A program made the position numbers and the translations under genes. From Polymyxa betae A26-41 (lineage: Eukaryota > Protista > Endomyxa: Phytomyxea), in the NCBI GenBank assembly GCA_003693705.1, contig RBZT01000861.1, forward strand, positions 1 through 64,000: DNA of 64,000 nucleotides, written 5' to 3'. The notes beneath the pieces are model-generated. The model had not been told where the DNA came from and made no database searches. It saw nothing but the letters and a program-made list of their open reading frames with translations. Positions 25,123 through 39,191 of the stretch are shown here, piece after piece (positions within the stretch are counted from its first letter, which is position 1; every line of letters begins with the position of its first letter).

Positions 25123-25580
25123 AAGCAAATTGCTTCATGAAGCTTTGCTTGGATCAGCTATCGTATTACAGAAAGTCAAGAACTTTTTGCGAAATTTTCA
25201 AACTGCGCAACTAACAATTTACGCAGTATTGTTTGAAAAAACTCGAAATTTTTATCCCCAATGATCAAGCCATACGTAAAAGTGACCTGTAACGTTGAAA
25301 AATGTGCTCAAGCAGAGACAAGCATTCTAAACGAAGCCTGTTGACATTGTTGAAACACATAGATTGAGTGCTTTGGGGTCCCATTGCAGACCAGATTCTG
25401 CAAAGCATTTCCCGATACAAATATCTCAAGCTGAACGGAGCGCAGTTGGCGCGAGACGGTTGCGGAGTCCGCAATCGGAGTGGGCGGGGCCACCTAATTC
25501 CTCAGCAAGTCTCCTACCCCAGTTTCATACACGCACACATAAAACACTCCCGCTCTTAGTCTTTCCCTCCATTGTCCACC

Positions 25581-26388
25581 ATGTCCGGATACGGAAGCGA
25601 CGGCGACCGCGAGCGCGATCGTGGCTCTCGCAACGACAGCCACCGCGAACGCGAGCGTGGCGAACGCCGCAGGTCTGGATCGCCGCCGCCGCGACGTTCC
25701 CCGAAGGAAATGTACTCGTTGCACGTCCGTAACCTGGACCTTGACACCTCGTATGGATCTTCATTATCATATGACTGCGTTATTTACATCGTACAGGACG
25801 GAAGAGCTTCGTGAGCTATTCGCGAAATATGGCTCGGTTCGTGATGTGTACATTCCCAAGGATTATTACACCAAGCAGCCACGCGGGTTCGCTTATATCG
25901 AATTCGGCCTGAAATCCGATGCCGATCAGGCCATGTCCGAGCTGAACGGTATGAAAGTCGGTACCCGCGAGATCGCCGTCGAATACGCTCGCGGCGAGCG
26001 AAAATCGGCTCAGGTAATGCGCAGCCGTGATCGTGTGCGTTCGCCAGGCCGAAGCCGCCATGGACGTTCGCGCTCTCGATCGCCTCAACGACGCCGCTAC
26101 TCGCGATCTCCTCCTCGGCGTCATTCATCGCCGCGATACCGACGTCGCTCGCCATCGCCCCCGCCCCGACGCCGTTCTCCTTCTCCATACAGCCGTCGTC
26201 GCTCGCCTTCTCCAGTCCGTCGTCGCTCGCCATCACCCTACAGCCGACGTCGCTCACCTTCACCACGCCGCCGATCGCCTTCTCGTCGTCGCTCACCGCC
26301 GCCCAAGTTCGCCAGCCGCCAGTATTCGCGATCCCGCAGCCGATCGCCGCGCCCGGCGTCGTCCACGTTGTACCGCCATCTCGACTAA
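25581..26388 (+). CDS. SR splicing factor (SC35/SCL-like, RRM + RS domain)
   Basis: SLHVRNL..., VRDVYIPKDYYTKQPRGFAYIEF RRM and a long RS/RRRSPSP tail. One intron near 25751-25796. Confidence 0.92.
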
Positions 26389-26597
26389 AGTCGTGTTGCC
26401 TAAAGACGTTTTTGTCGTTTCGATAAAGACCAAAAAAGATAAAGCCAACAGCGCAAGGGCTTCTTCGATATTGTCAAGCAGGGAAAAAGCACGAAAGCAG
26501 AGCAATATGTGTGCGTCTTGTTGTCGTGAATTTCACGCCGGTCGAGAGAGCCCCCTAGTAGCTTTCAATCAGGAACAAAAGGCAAGTCGTTGAATTG

Positions 26598-26621
26598 GAG
26601 AGAGAGCGAGAGAGAGAGAGG
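26598..26621. repeat. (GA)n microsatellite
   Basis: An imperfect GA dinucleotide run between two convergent genes. Confidence 0.7.
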
Positions 26622-26760
26622 ACTAGGGATTAGATACTGCTGAGGCTCAATGTGACAAGCCATCTAATATATTGGCAGATCGCTTCCTTGTAGAGTGAAT
26701 ATCATCGCCGGCACCATCAACCATCGTGTTCGTAACTTTTTCATTTATGGTTATAGGTTG

Positions 26761-27981
26761 TTATATCCATGGTGGCCGGCCTCGAATTGGGCTGGGATCT
26801 CTGAGCTTCGCTCTATACAGCCGTTCGAATACGGTCCCGGTTGAGCGCTGTCTTGCTAGGCGGCGGCTTCGGGCATTCACCTTTGGACGGAATGTGGCAT
26901 CGTGAACCGGATCCAGCTCTGCCCTTATCTCGCTCACGTATTCGTCACGTCGTTTAGCGTCTTCATAGAGTCGCTCTGAAACACGCCCGGAGCGTGGAGA
27001 TGCCTGGCTCCAGATCGCCGGATGAAATGTGCATCCTTGCATTTCTTGTGATTCTGTCAGCTTCTTCATACTGGCCGATTTCGTCATCTGGCGCTGCAGT
27101 CGCCTCACCGCTTCTTCATGTAGACGGCAGAAAACTGTTTTCGGCTTCGCTTTTGTTGGCTCTTGCTGCGGCTGTGAGCTCGTCTTGGTATTTTCTACAC
27201 CTTTGGAAAGCTCAACTCCAGTTACTGTCGCAGGCGACTCGCTGTGCTTTCTCGAATGTGGCGGCGGCGATAATGTCGGCCGAAACGTGCAGTTCAATTC
27301 TTCCTGCCGTTGTTGTTCCTGCCGGTACGTCTCCTTGACCTTCTCGATTCGCGACCGTCGGCGTTCGCCTGCATCCAGCAGCCGTTTGTAAACCGGTCCT
27401 CTGCTAATTTGTTGTACTGGAGCCACAATCACGGTTCTGTCGGCCTGAGCGTAGACTTGCAGATAGCGGCGCTTAACGATCTCCTCGCTCCAGGACGTCA
27501 GAAATGGGACCTGAGACCAAGCAGTGTTGATCAAACGAGACCAGGATCTGGTCTTTGGTACTTTTGTAAAACCTGGGTGGGAGCTGCCTTTCTGGAAGAG
27601 CTGCCGCAGCCGGGTCTTTGTTATTCCTGTGGCGATGATCACTTTATCAGCCGGCTTCTCTGCAGCTGCTTCGCCTGCAGAAATTGCGTCGTCGACTTCG
27701 CCTAGCTCGTCGCTTTCTCCATTCTGCAACGGCGACTCTTCTTCCGGGATCTTTCTAGCTGCATCCTCGTCAGGATTCGGGGTTTCTGATTGACTGAGGT
27801 CGTCGAAGGTTGGAGGTGACTGATCGATAGGTTGGCGATTGATGGCATGAAAGACGTCGCCAGTTGGCGTATGTGCCGGGTTCGACTCGGGGCCGTCGTC
27901 ATCATGATCATGGTTCTGGACGAACTCGGCTAGAGCTGCGACGGTCTTCTGTATGTCGACCAGCTTCGGCTCATGATCCAT
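26761..27981 (-). CDS. Hypothetical 406-aa protein with repeated RL(Y/H)..A / CTF.P motifs
   Basis: Intronless long ORF with an acidic N-terminus and a basic, repeat-bearing C-terminus. Confidence 0.75.
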   Translation of the reverse strand: MDHEPKLVDIQKTVAALAEFVQNHDHDDDGPESNPAHTPTGDVFHAINRQPIDQSPPTFDDLSQSETPNPDEDAARKIPEEESPLQNGESDELGEVDDAISAGEAAAEKPADKVIIATGITKTRLRQLFQKGSSHPGFTKVPKTRSWSRLINTAWSQVPFLTSWSEEIVKRRYLQVYAQADRTVIVAPVQQISRGPVYKRLLDAGERRRSRIEKVKETYRQEQQRQEELNCTFRPTLSPPPHSRKHSESPATVTGVELSKGVENTKTSSQPQQEPTKAKPKTVFCRLHEEAVRRLQRQMTKSASMKKLTESQEMQGCTFHPAIWSQASPRSGRVSERLYEDAKRRDEYVSEIRAELDPVHDATFRPKVNARSRRLARQRSTGTVFERLYRAKLRDPSPIRGRPPWI

Positions 27982-28190
27982 CTAGTCATGCAACAGCTCT
28001 ATCCTATCTAATATACGCCTTCATTTGTATAAAACAATCAGCAACCGTACCCCGAAATACGGATCCATTATTGAATGAAATCGCAACAATTTTCGAAAAC
28101 TTTGCCGAAAATGTATATCAAAGAGAAGACACAATCGTTCCTTTTCCGCCATAGTGGACAAGCATTTTATGGAGAGGCGAGCAATGTATT

Positions 28191-29949
28191 TTAGTACCGT
28201 CCTCGGCCAAGAATGGCCACGGCTGAACTAGAGAAGATACCGCCGTTGCCATAGACCAGAGCGCGCTTCGCGTTGTGAATCTGTCGACCTGTCGCCCTTC
28301 CAGTCAGCTGTTGAATTGCCTCGATTACCGAAAACAACGCCGGAGCTTCCCAGGGCGCCCCGAACGACAACAGCCCACCATGTGTATTGATCGGAAACAC
28401 GTCCTGGTCAACAACTTCAGAAACCGATGACGATGATGTCAGAAACTCTCCACCTGAATTCGCTTCAGGTCGGGCTGCGATGCGATTTCTTTCAGCTTGG
28501 ATTCGACGAAATCACCACCACAGCCCATCGGGGCCAAACCGACCGCTAACATGGTGGTTGAGTGGTCGCCAGGGAATACTGGCCGAACCCATCACCTTCG
28601 ATAGCCCGGATCAAACAGATCGGGAAGCAGTCGTACAGGCCAAAATAATCGATATCGTCGACGCCGAGCTGCGCCTTCGTGAAGGCAATCTGGGCCGCCT
28701 GAAAAAACCCTTCACATTTAACGACGCTTTCCTGCATGATAACAGATCCATAAACAGACCTGCTGACAGCTGAAGATATCTTCATGGATTTGATTTGGAG
28801 CAGGCGGATACAGACTACCCGAGGCTTCACCACCGCTAATTACGACCACCGATTGCTCTTCAGGGATCCGCGTCCGCCGTACGAATCCGTCGCTGGCCAG
28901 CACGACGGCGGCGGCGCCGTCCGCTCTAGATCCGCAATCATCCGATGCCGGTATTGGAACGTTCATGCACGATACCGTCGTGCGCATTCCAATAATGTGG
29001 TGAAGGGGGCGACTTCAGGTGATGATAGAACTTGCTGAAGCGAATGTGGTGTCCGAGTTAAAGCAGATGGATGTCGTGATGCCATCATGCTCATTAGGAC
29101 GCTACACATTGCGAATTGTTCGCGCGTTGTTCCGTATGTTCGTGATTGCCATTGCGCAATCCGATCGTAGCTGGTTTGATAAACGTCAGTGGACCGAGCG
29201 GATATCGAAGCAGACACGGTTTACCCATGAGGGATGACAGGAGATGGAAGAGATCCATCTGGCGTTTGGCACGATTGATCGGCTCGCTTCAGGAACTCAG
29301 CTTTCGATAACGAACTGACAGCATCGCCTTCAGCAGCCGACAATCAGCAAAACGCGAATTGTAGTTTTAAGATTCCTGTAAAGCAGGAAAGAAAACATCC
29401 AAAGCTTCTGCATAAAATTTGAAAGGCTGTATAAAACTTCTCCAAAAAAATTTGTGAACATTGCAGTTGCGTGGGCCCAAATTGGAGAGAACAAAGCCAT
29501 GATAGACCTGCTACGACGGCTACTGCCGACCTTCCTTCCGTTTCGATCAGACGTTTGGCTTCCTACAACAAGCCAACTTAATGAACTTCACAGCCAAACG
29601 ATGATTGGTTCATACCAGAATGGCACTGATCGGCCCGGCACCTCCTGTATCAATCGTTCGAACTATCACGTCACGTCTGGGCAGTAAACCGATCTGGGTT
29701 CCGAGATTGTGTGCCTCCTAAGGCGGATCTCAGCCTCTGGAAAACGTCTGATAGACGACAACAACCCACCATAAACTTTGGATCGGCAAGAGATGGGACA
29801 GCGATCAGGCCGTCGAGGTCGTCGATGCCGATGTTAGCGGCGGCCAGAGCCTGACGTAGGGCGTGCTGCATGAGACGAGATGGGGAAGGAACCGGGCGCG
29901 GGTTCAGAGCCGTCATCCCATGGCCGACGATTCGAACTGGCCGGGCCAT
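28191..29949 (-). CDS. Thiolase-superfamily (SCP2-thiolase/Ltp2-like) protein
   Basis: VRIVGHGMT, DDLDGL, RADGAAAVVLAS, GLYDCF, PINTHGGLL and ATGRQI..AKRALVYGNGG motifs. Confidence 0.88.
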
Positions 29950-30410
29950 GAAGATGTTCTTGTGACGACGTTTGTGAGACACGTTTCAGTTTGGCGTCTT
30001 TATGCAGATTAATTGGAATTGATCCCATTCCATAGACAACAATACGACTTTTTCTACTATCTGTGGAATGGAAACTCTCAGATTTGGGGGATTGGAAGCA
30101 TCGATTTAGTTGGGGTTGCAGTTCTATTGCAAATTTTGAAACATTCGAAGACCCTTGCTGGCCCATCCGAAAACACCCATCATAATTGAAATTGAGTGAT
30201 AATTTGTATAATACGACCAAGTATGCGTTTTCATCAGGGCACGGCAACAAAGAAGCTATAATCATTTCGATCTTGGATTCATGTTACGAATATAAAAAAC
30301 ACTGATGACGCTCCTACTAGATGAGATATACCATATAATATGCCTAGCTAATAACAATTACATTAATCAAAGTGGAGAGTTCAGGAGTAGCCAGCGGATG
30401 CTGAATGATT

Positions 30411-32698
30411 TTAGGCGACCATGGGCGAACCGGTCATTTCCCGAGGAATCTCGACACCCATTACTCGCAGAATCGTGGGTGCGACGTCATGCAACCCGGC
30501 ATCAGTTCGGTTGAATTTTAGCTTCTAGAAAAGGGTCACAACTTCAATCGCTCTTGTTAAAGTACTCACCGAATCGCCTGTCATGATGAAAGGCACCGGG
30601 TTCGAAGTATGGGATGTCTTCGGGTTGCCTTCTTCATCGATCATCACCTCAGCGTTTCCATGATCCGCTGTGATGAAAAGAACGGCACCCGCCTTTTTAC
30701 AGGCGTCCAGAATCACACCGATAGCTTTATCGGTTGCTTCGACGGCTTCCACCGTGCGCTCGTAATTGCCGGTATGTCCAACCTGACTTCTTTTGAATAT
30801 TTCCCAACGGCACCAGTTAGGAAAATGAGACTGTTTAAAAAAATCCAAAAGCATCACTTACCATGTCAGGTGGGGCTAAATTGCAAATTACGAAGTCGTA
30901 TTCTTTGCTAATCACCGCTTTGCTCACTTGTTCGGCAACGCCAGCAACGCTCATGGCAGGAGCAAGGTCATATGTGGCCACACCTTTGGGAGAATCGACC
31001 AAGACCCGGTGTTCGCCAGGCCACGACTTCTCCATTCCACCATTGAAGAAGAATGTGACGTGGGCGTACTTTTCAGTCTACAGAAGCATTAGAAATCGGT
31101 TCAATATTTTTCCAGTAAAAGCCAACCTCAGCAATGTGGCATTGCTTAAGATTGTGATTTGATAAGCATTCGGCCAGCGTCATATCCATCGACTGCGGCG
31201 GAAACACGACCGGTAACTTTGCGAATGAAGAATTGTACAATGTAAACTGGACAACAGACAAGTCTTGAGGGACCTTCAAACTGGAATGCTCACTATTAAA
31301 TCGAGTAGCAAAGACACCGAGCTACCAGCTTACTCTGAAACGTCGAATGGAGGAGCAAGACCAATCGCTTCAACGATTTCCCTCATCCGATCAGAACGAT
31401 AATCGAAAAACACGAGAGTGTCGCCCGACTTGATGACACCGTCTTGATCGAATACCATCTGATTAGAGGGTTAAAACATCAAGTTTCTAAACGTGATCAA
31501 CAAATTCTAAAAATTGACGGTGAGCGTGCAGGAAAATGACAGTCGAAATATTTCAAAACATGAAATTTGATAGAAAACATAATAAAAAAAAATAAAAGAA
31601 AATTGTCCAGATACCGGTTTGAAAAACTCGTCGGTTTCGCCGGCGGCATATCGGGCCTGGAAACACTCAACCGGCGACTTTCCGACACAAGATTCGCATT
31701 CACCGGCCATCAGACACCGGTAAGCTTTCTCGACACGTTCCCATCGTGTATCACGGTCCTATCGTTATGGCTCCCACTTCAAAAAGTGATATCTGAATGG
31801 AAGCAAAGAAAAGACCATTGCATAATAGCGACCGGTAACGGTTGACAGTTTCCCGTATTGAATCTGGGAGAAGAAATTCTCCAGTTGCTCGACATAGGTG
31901 TAGCCTGATGAGGGTGGTGTGTCTCTGCCATCTGCAAAGAAGTGCACGAAAGCTTCCGGTACCTTGGCGCTTTTGGCCGCTATATATCGTTATAGAATAA
32001 GTATCTAATAGCAAAGGCAACAAACACAATTCAACAGTACAAAGAAAAATCCGAGAAGTTAACAGAATGCCAGTTTGAAACTCTAAGAAGCAGTTTGATG
32101 GCGAACCTTTCAGCAGCTCATAAAGATGGTTAATGTGGGAATGAACACCTCCGTCGCTAACAAGCCCCAAGAAGTGGATGCGGCCCGATTTCTGCCGTGC
32201 CCGATTGAACGCCTCAACCAGTGCCGGGCGCTGCGCGAATTCGCCCTTTTCAATGGAGAGATTGATACGAACCAGATCCTAGGGAACCCAGCCTTAGCTT
32301 CAGCAGTCCACCCAAAATCGCAGCAACAAAAAGGATTCTGTCAATTTAAAGGAATACTCCTTGGTTTGCAATTGTAAATAAAAAAACCGCAACAGCTAGT
32401 TAAAAGATCTTCTTACCTGAAATTGGACCCTACCGGAGCCAATCGTCAGGTGCCCGACTTCCGAGTTTCCCATGACACCCTACAGCCAAATCATTCACCC
32501 AATGCAGCACCACAAACGTATCCAGACGTCTGGTAGGCCCACATCAAGGCCATGCGCCCGGATCACGGCGTACTGGCCGGATTCCGGTTTGGACAGAGAG
32601 GTCATGACAGGCGTCTTGGCAGCTGCGATGGCGTTGCCTCGCATGTCGTCGGTGATACCCCAGCCATCGATGCAGATAAGGACAGTCGGCCGGGTCAT
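30411..32698 (-). CDS. gpmI: 2,3-bisphosphoglycerate-independent phosphoglycerate mutase
   Basis: [65 protein letters not shown] and LHDVAPTIL motifs. Confidence 0.97.
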
Positions 32699-33448
32699 GA
32701 TAATGAATCTGAGAGAGCGAAAACCGAATGATGAGAAACGTAACCTCTACGGAGGAAGAACCCTACACAAGAGGTGAAGATAAGCGAACACCCGAGCGCG
32801 TATGCGTATCTTGTAAAGTTGCTCCTTCAATGTTAGATGATTTGCTGGTAACGGCGAAGCGACCTATATGCTTGCCCTTTCGGCTCTGTCATATGGGGAA
32901 TCTAAGTAGGATGGAATGGAATGAAATCGGCATGGCACTGGGTCACCATTCGTGTCATGATCTTGGTAACGAGATGAACAAATTTAATCCGCCACATCGG
33001 TATGATCTCGGAGAGAAGCTGGTTTGTGAGGAAGATCAGCTGCATGTATCTTATTTATGTTAATCACTTAGACGGGACTGCAGCTTCACAAGCAAGGACT
33101 AAAGCTTATATGTCATCGATTCGGTACTATTTAGCAATGGAGATGTTTTGAGCATCTAAAGACCTTGGCACGAGCTAAGCCATTTCACGAAAGTGGTATA
33201 TATAATCGTACCTTCGTGATGTGCGGAAGCCCACAACTACCACTTCAGCTGTCTGCTATCTGTTTCAACGAGGGTTGGCCAAAGGTATTTAATAGAAGTA
33301 ATGAAGCATGTACAAGGGAATCAGCAGTCTATAATCACAGGCAAATAGATTTTTGATAGACAAACTCAGGTACGGGGTCTAGCCCTGGAGCCCTGAGCTG
33401 ATAAAACGGATGTGATAATTTAATGTATTTTAACAATGATACAGAAAA

Positions 33449-35154
33449 CTACGCCTGAGAAGCAAGCAACGCATGGAGATCAATGGCAATTTCAGCAACA
33501 TTTGCTGGCTCTGAGAACTGTTTGTAGTCAAATTCCAGGGCGGAAAGTAACATAATGCCTTCGTTGCCCATGAAGTAGACAGTGTGTCCCAATGCTTGCA
33601 ACATTCGGAACTTCGTTGCATTATCCTTTTCGCCGTTTAGGCACTCATGAAGGCTAGAAATCATCTGAATAGAAATATCGTCTCGATCTTGCGCATCATC
33701 AGACTCGAAATGCAGCTGTAGAGCGCAATTATACCTGACAGTAAAATGAGCTATCCGAATCAATTTTACTGAGAGCGTACATACATCACAGTCGCCGCCA
33801 GCATACGAGTAGTCTTCTCCTGTGACCTCAACGCATTGCACATCGATTCCACTATCCGCCTATCTAGCGCCAGGTTATGTGAAAGACTTCCATGAGATAA
33901 TACATTAGAAAGACTGCATAAAGCCATCAACTGCACAGGCATGGAAGTACCAGCGCTAACGAATCGTTGGAGCATGGTAAAGATGATTTGAGTGTTAGAT
34001 TGCAGAACGGCCTTGGCAAACTTCCTTACTGAAAGAGCCAAACGAAACAGAGCAAGAACAGAAAAAGCTTTTCCAACCGGAATTTCAGAGATAAGCCGCT
34101 TGAAAACCGGTAAAGAATCCAAATTTGGATCCGGTGAGGATTCACGCAGCTGTTCCACGAGCGCAGAAAGAATGTTGCGATCCGAGTCGGTAAGGAACGG
34201 TTGCGACTTGAGCTGTGTAAAGAATTTTGCTGCATCCTTATCGACGCTGATTAAAGGTGATGAAGACACAGTTATATGCCTCAACTTCAGCTGTGGAAAT
34301 AAATCGGGCCGAACTAATCTCTTCGGGCTAGCAGCGCGAGAAACCGGTCTGGATAAGTAGTTAACATTGTGAACGGAACTGGATCCAGAGCCGAGATTAC
34401 GATTTCGGAGCTGCTGACGAAGCGGCAGCGGGATTCAATATGGAGGCCGACGCCGAAGCTGGAGGAGGCTCTTGCCATGGAACTATGCCGCCACCGTTAG
34501 CCCGCATTTGACTTTCGAACTGCTCTAGTATCGGCACAAAAGACATGCCTAACCAGATGAGAATCAGACAATTCTCATCGACAAATATATTTTACCTAGA
34601 GGTGTGCTCATAACTTCATCGGGCAATCCAGTGATAAAGGCTGGAATTGGTTTTCCAGTGAGGAAAAGAGCCACCTAGCAGCTGACAAGTTAGCGTAAAC
34701 CTTCTATTTGATGAAGACACAGTACTTCGTTGGCGAAGTTATTACAATTATGCCGAAGAAGATTATAGGTCTCGGCTGTGAAGCGATGTGAGATCTCACG
34801 TAGGAATTCTGTCAGCCTCATTTGCGTCACCGTCTAGATAAAAAGGCATGGCTTCAGACGAACAATATCTATCGTTGTAGTCATCCATTCATACAGTTTC
34901 ACCTAGATCAATAATTTGAACTGGCCTGCCAGCCGCGGTACATCCAGGCGTTGACATTTGTATGCCACCACCATAAAAGTATTCACGACCGAATACGACG
35001 ACACCAGAATGCCAAATTCCATCGATTTGTTTCCCAAGAAGCATAGGCGACATTTGCCTGGCCATCCCCTGGCGAAATCTCACAATGAATGTCGCAAACA
35101 AAAAAACCAGCATACCTGGGAAAGATCGTACAGATAGAGCTGGACCTTGACCAT
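33449..35154 (-). CDS. DeSI/PPPDE peptidase with C-terminal PUL-like domain
   Basis: VQLYLYDLSQGMA, GIWHSGVVVFGREYFYGGG and YNLLRHNCNNFA give the His/Cys dyad. An armadillo-like PUL-type C-terminus follows. Confidence 0.88.
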
Positions 35155-35973
35155 ATCGCTGACAACAGCAGCGAGCTCACGAAGACAACGATCTGGAAAT
35201 GTCGACTGACGAGTAATGGGACAGAGCGTGGGCTGCTCCGCTTCCGTTAAGAAGCGATGAGAGCGATTAGGAGAGAGACGCGATAGAGAGTCAGCTGGTA
35301 ATGAGGGCTGGCTACGTCTTCAATCAAAGTACAGTAATAAGCCGATACTGCCAGAACAGTCTGAAGGCAGGTTGCGGAACTGTCCCCCACTTCTCCTCAT
35401 AAATATATGTCATTTGCTAATTCTCTCTTTCGTCTCGTTTGGGATGTGGTCGTTGAGCTCTGACTGTTGCATTCGCACCAGCCTACATGGAGGCAAAGCC
35501 AAATAACTGTAACGACGAATATCAGGGCACCTTTTCAGTGCTGGAATAAAATCCTAAAAGTTTACAAACGAGCGTCTAGCTTGATAACGGGGTCAGCTTC
35601 AAGATAATTTCAATGCTTGAAATGAGTGCTAAGACACTGGGTTTCACAGTTCAATTATTTGAAGAAATTGCTTCAAACACGTTAAGAGTCGTTTTAGAAC
35701 TCAATCAAACGCAGATTTTCATGTAGAATCTTGGAATCGAACTCACTATCAACGTTTAAATCAGAAGGATTCTATCGGTAGTAATTATGTATTGGAGCTG
35801 CAGTTTTAAATGACGAAATTCCAGCAGAAGAAAGCCAAAAATTATAGAAATATATTCCGTGACGGAGTCCGCGTTAACAACTCGCCAGCGTCAAAGCGGA
35901 TCGCGTTCGCATCCTGCCCCTGAACCGCCTCCGCTCTTCTCTCGTCGTCTGTCGGCTTTCGCACCGTCCCTGA

Positions 35974-38462
<2,489 letters not shown>

Positions 38463-38523
38463 ATCTTTCGACGAAAAGCGAATATGCCTTTGAGTACAAA
38501 TACATCACTACAAAACGTCGAAT

Positions 38524-38829
38524 TTATTGCATCGGAACGCCTCCTTGCCCTTTTAACTGTTTATCCAACTCGATCAATGACGCCTCACGCTCCATAGAAA
38601 CAGCCAGCGGGAATCCCAATAACAGGAATGATGTTGCCAGCATCCAGGCCAGAGAGCCAGTTTTTGTCAACGTCGTCGATGTATAGACTTTCATTGTCCT
38701 GAGAGTCGGATGTAGGCGATCCGAGACGCGCTCGAAAAAAGAGCCTTCATAATCCGATTCGTAATCGCTTTCATAGTCCGAATCCTCGTTGATGAGGGCA
38801 TCGTTGGCCATTTCTTGAACTTTGGTCAT
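38524..38829 (-). CDS. TOM22: Mitochondrial import receptor Tom22
   Basis: Acidic N-terminus, SFFER motif and TM segment AWMLATSFLLLGFPLAVSMERE. Confidence 0.8.
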   Translation of the reverse strand: MTKVQEMANDALINEDSDYESDYESDYEGSFFERVSDRLHPTLRTMKVYTSTTLTKTGSLAWMLATSFLLLGFPLAVSMEREASLIELDKQLKGQGGVPMQ

Positions 38830-39191
38830 AGACGGTGTTGGATGGAATGGATCTAACGTCAATAAATGTAGAGACGGCCTCCGTCCCGGACTAATGATCC
38901 TGGCTCCGCAAGTTACCCGCTCTTATTGCTGACGACCCTCACATCTTCCAATTTCGTAACAAGATCGTTGGTTGGCCTTTCTCAATTTGTATTTAAGCGA
39001 ATAGCTCTGTAGCAGCGGTTGCAAAATAGTGTATCACGGCCGTCAGTAAGACAGTCTTGGTTTACAAAACGTAGACAAAGAGATTTCGAAGCATACTTCT
39101 TGCAGGAGCTCGAACTGAGCACATCACAAAAAAAATAAAGACTGTATTTCATATAGTAGATGGATGGGATGAAGCATCACGAATCGCAATC

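Noticed and set aside
26030-26345. Repetitive CGTCGCTCGCC-type units resembling a repeat array or CRISPR
   Set aside because: They encode the RRRSPSP repeats of the SR protein. The context is eukaryotic with no spacers or cas genes.
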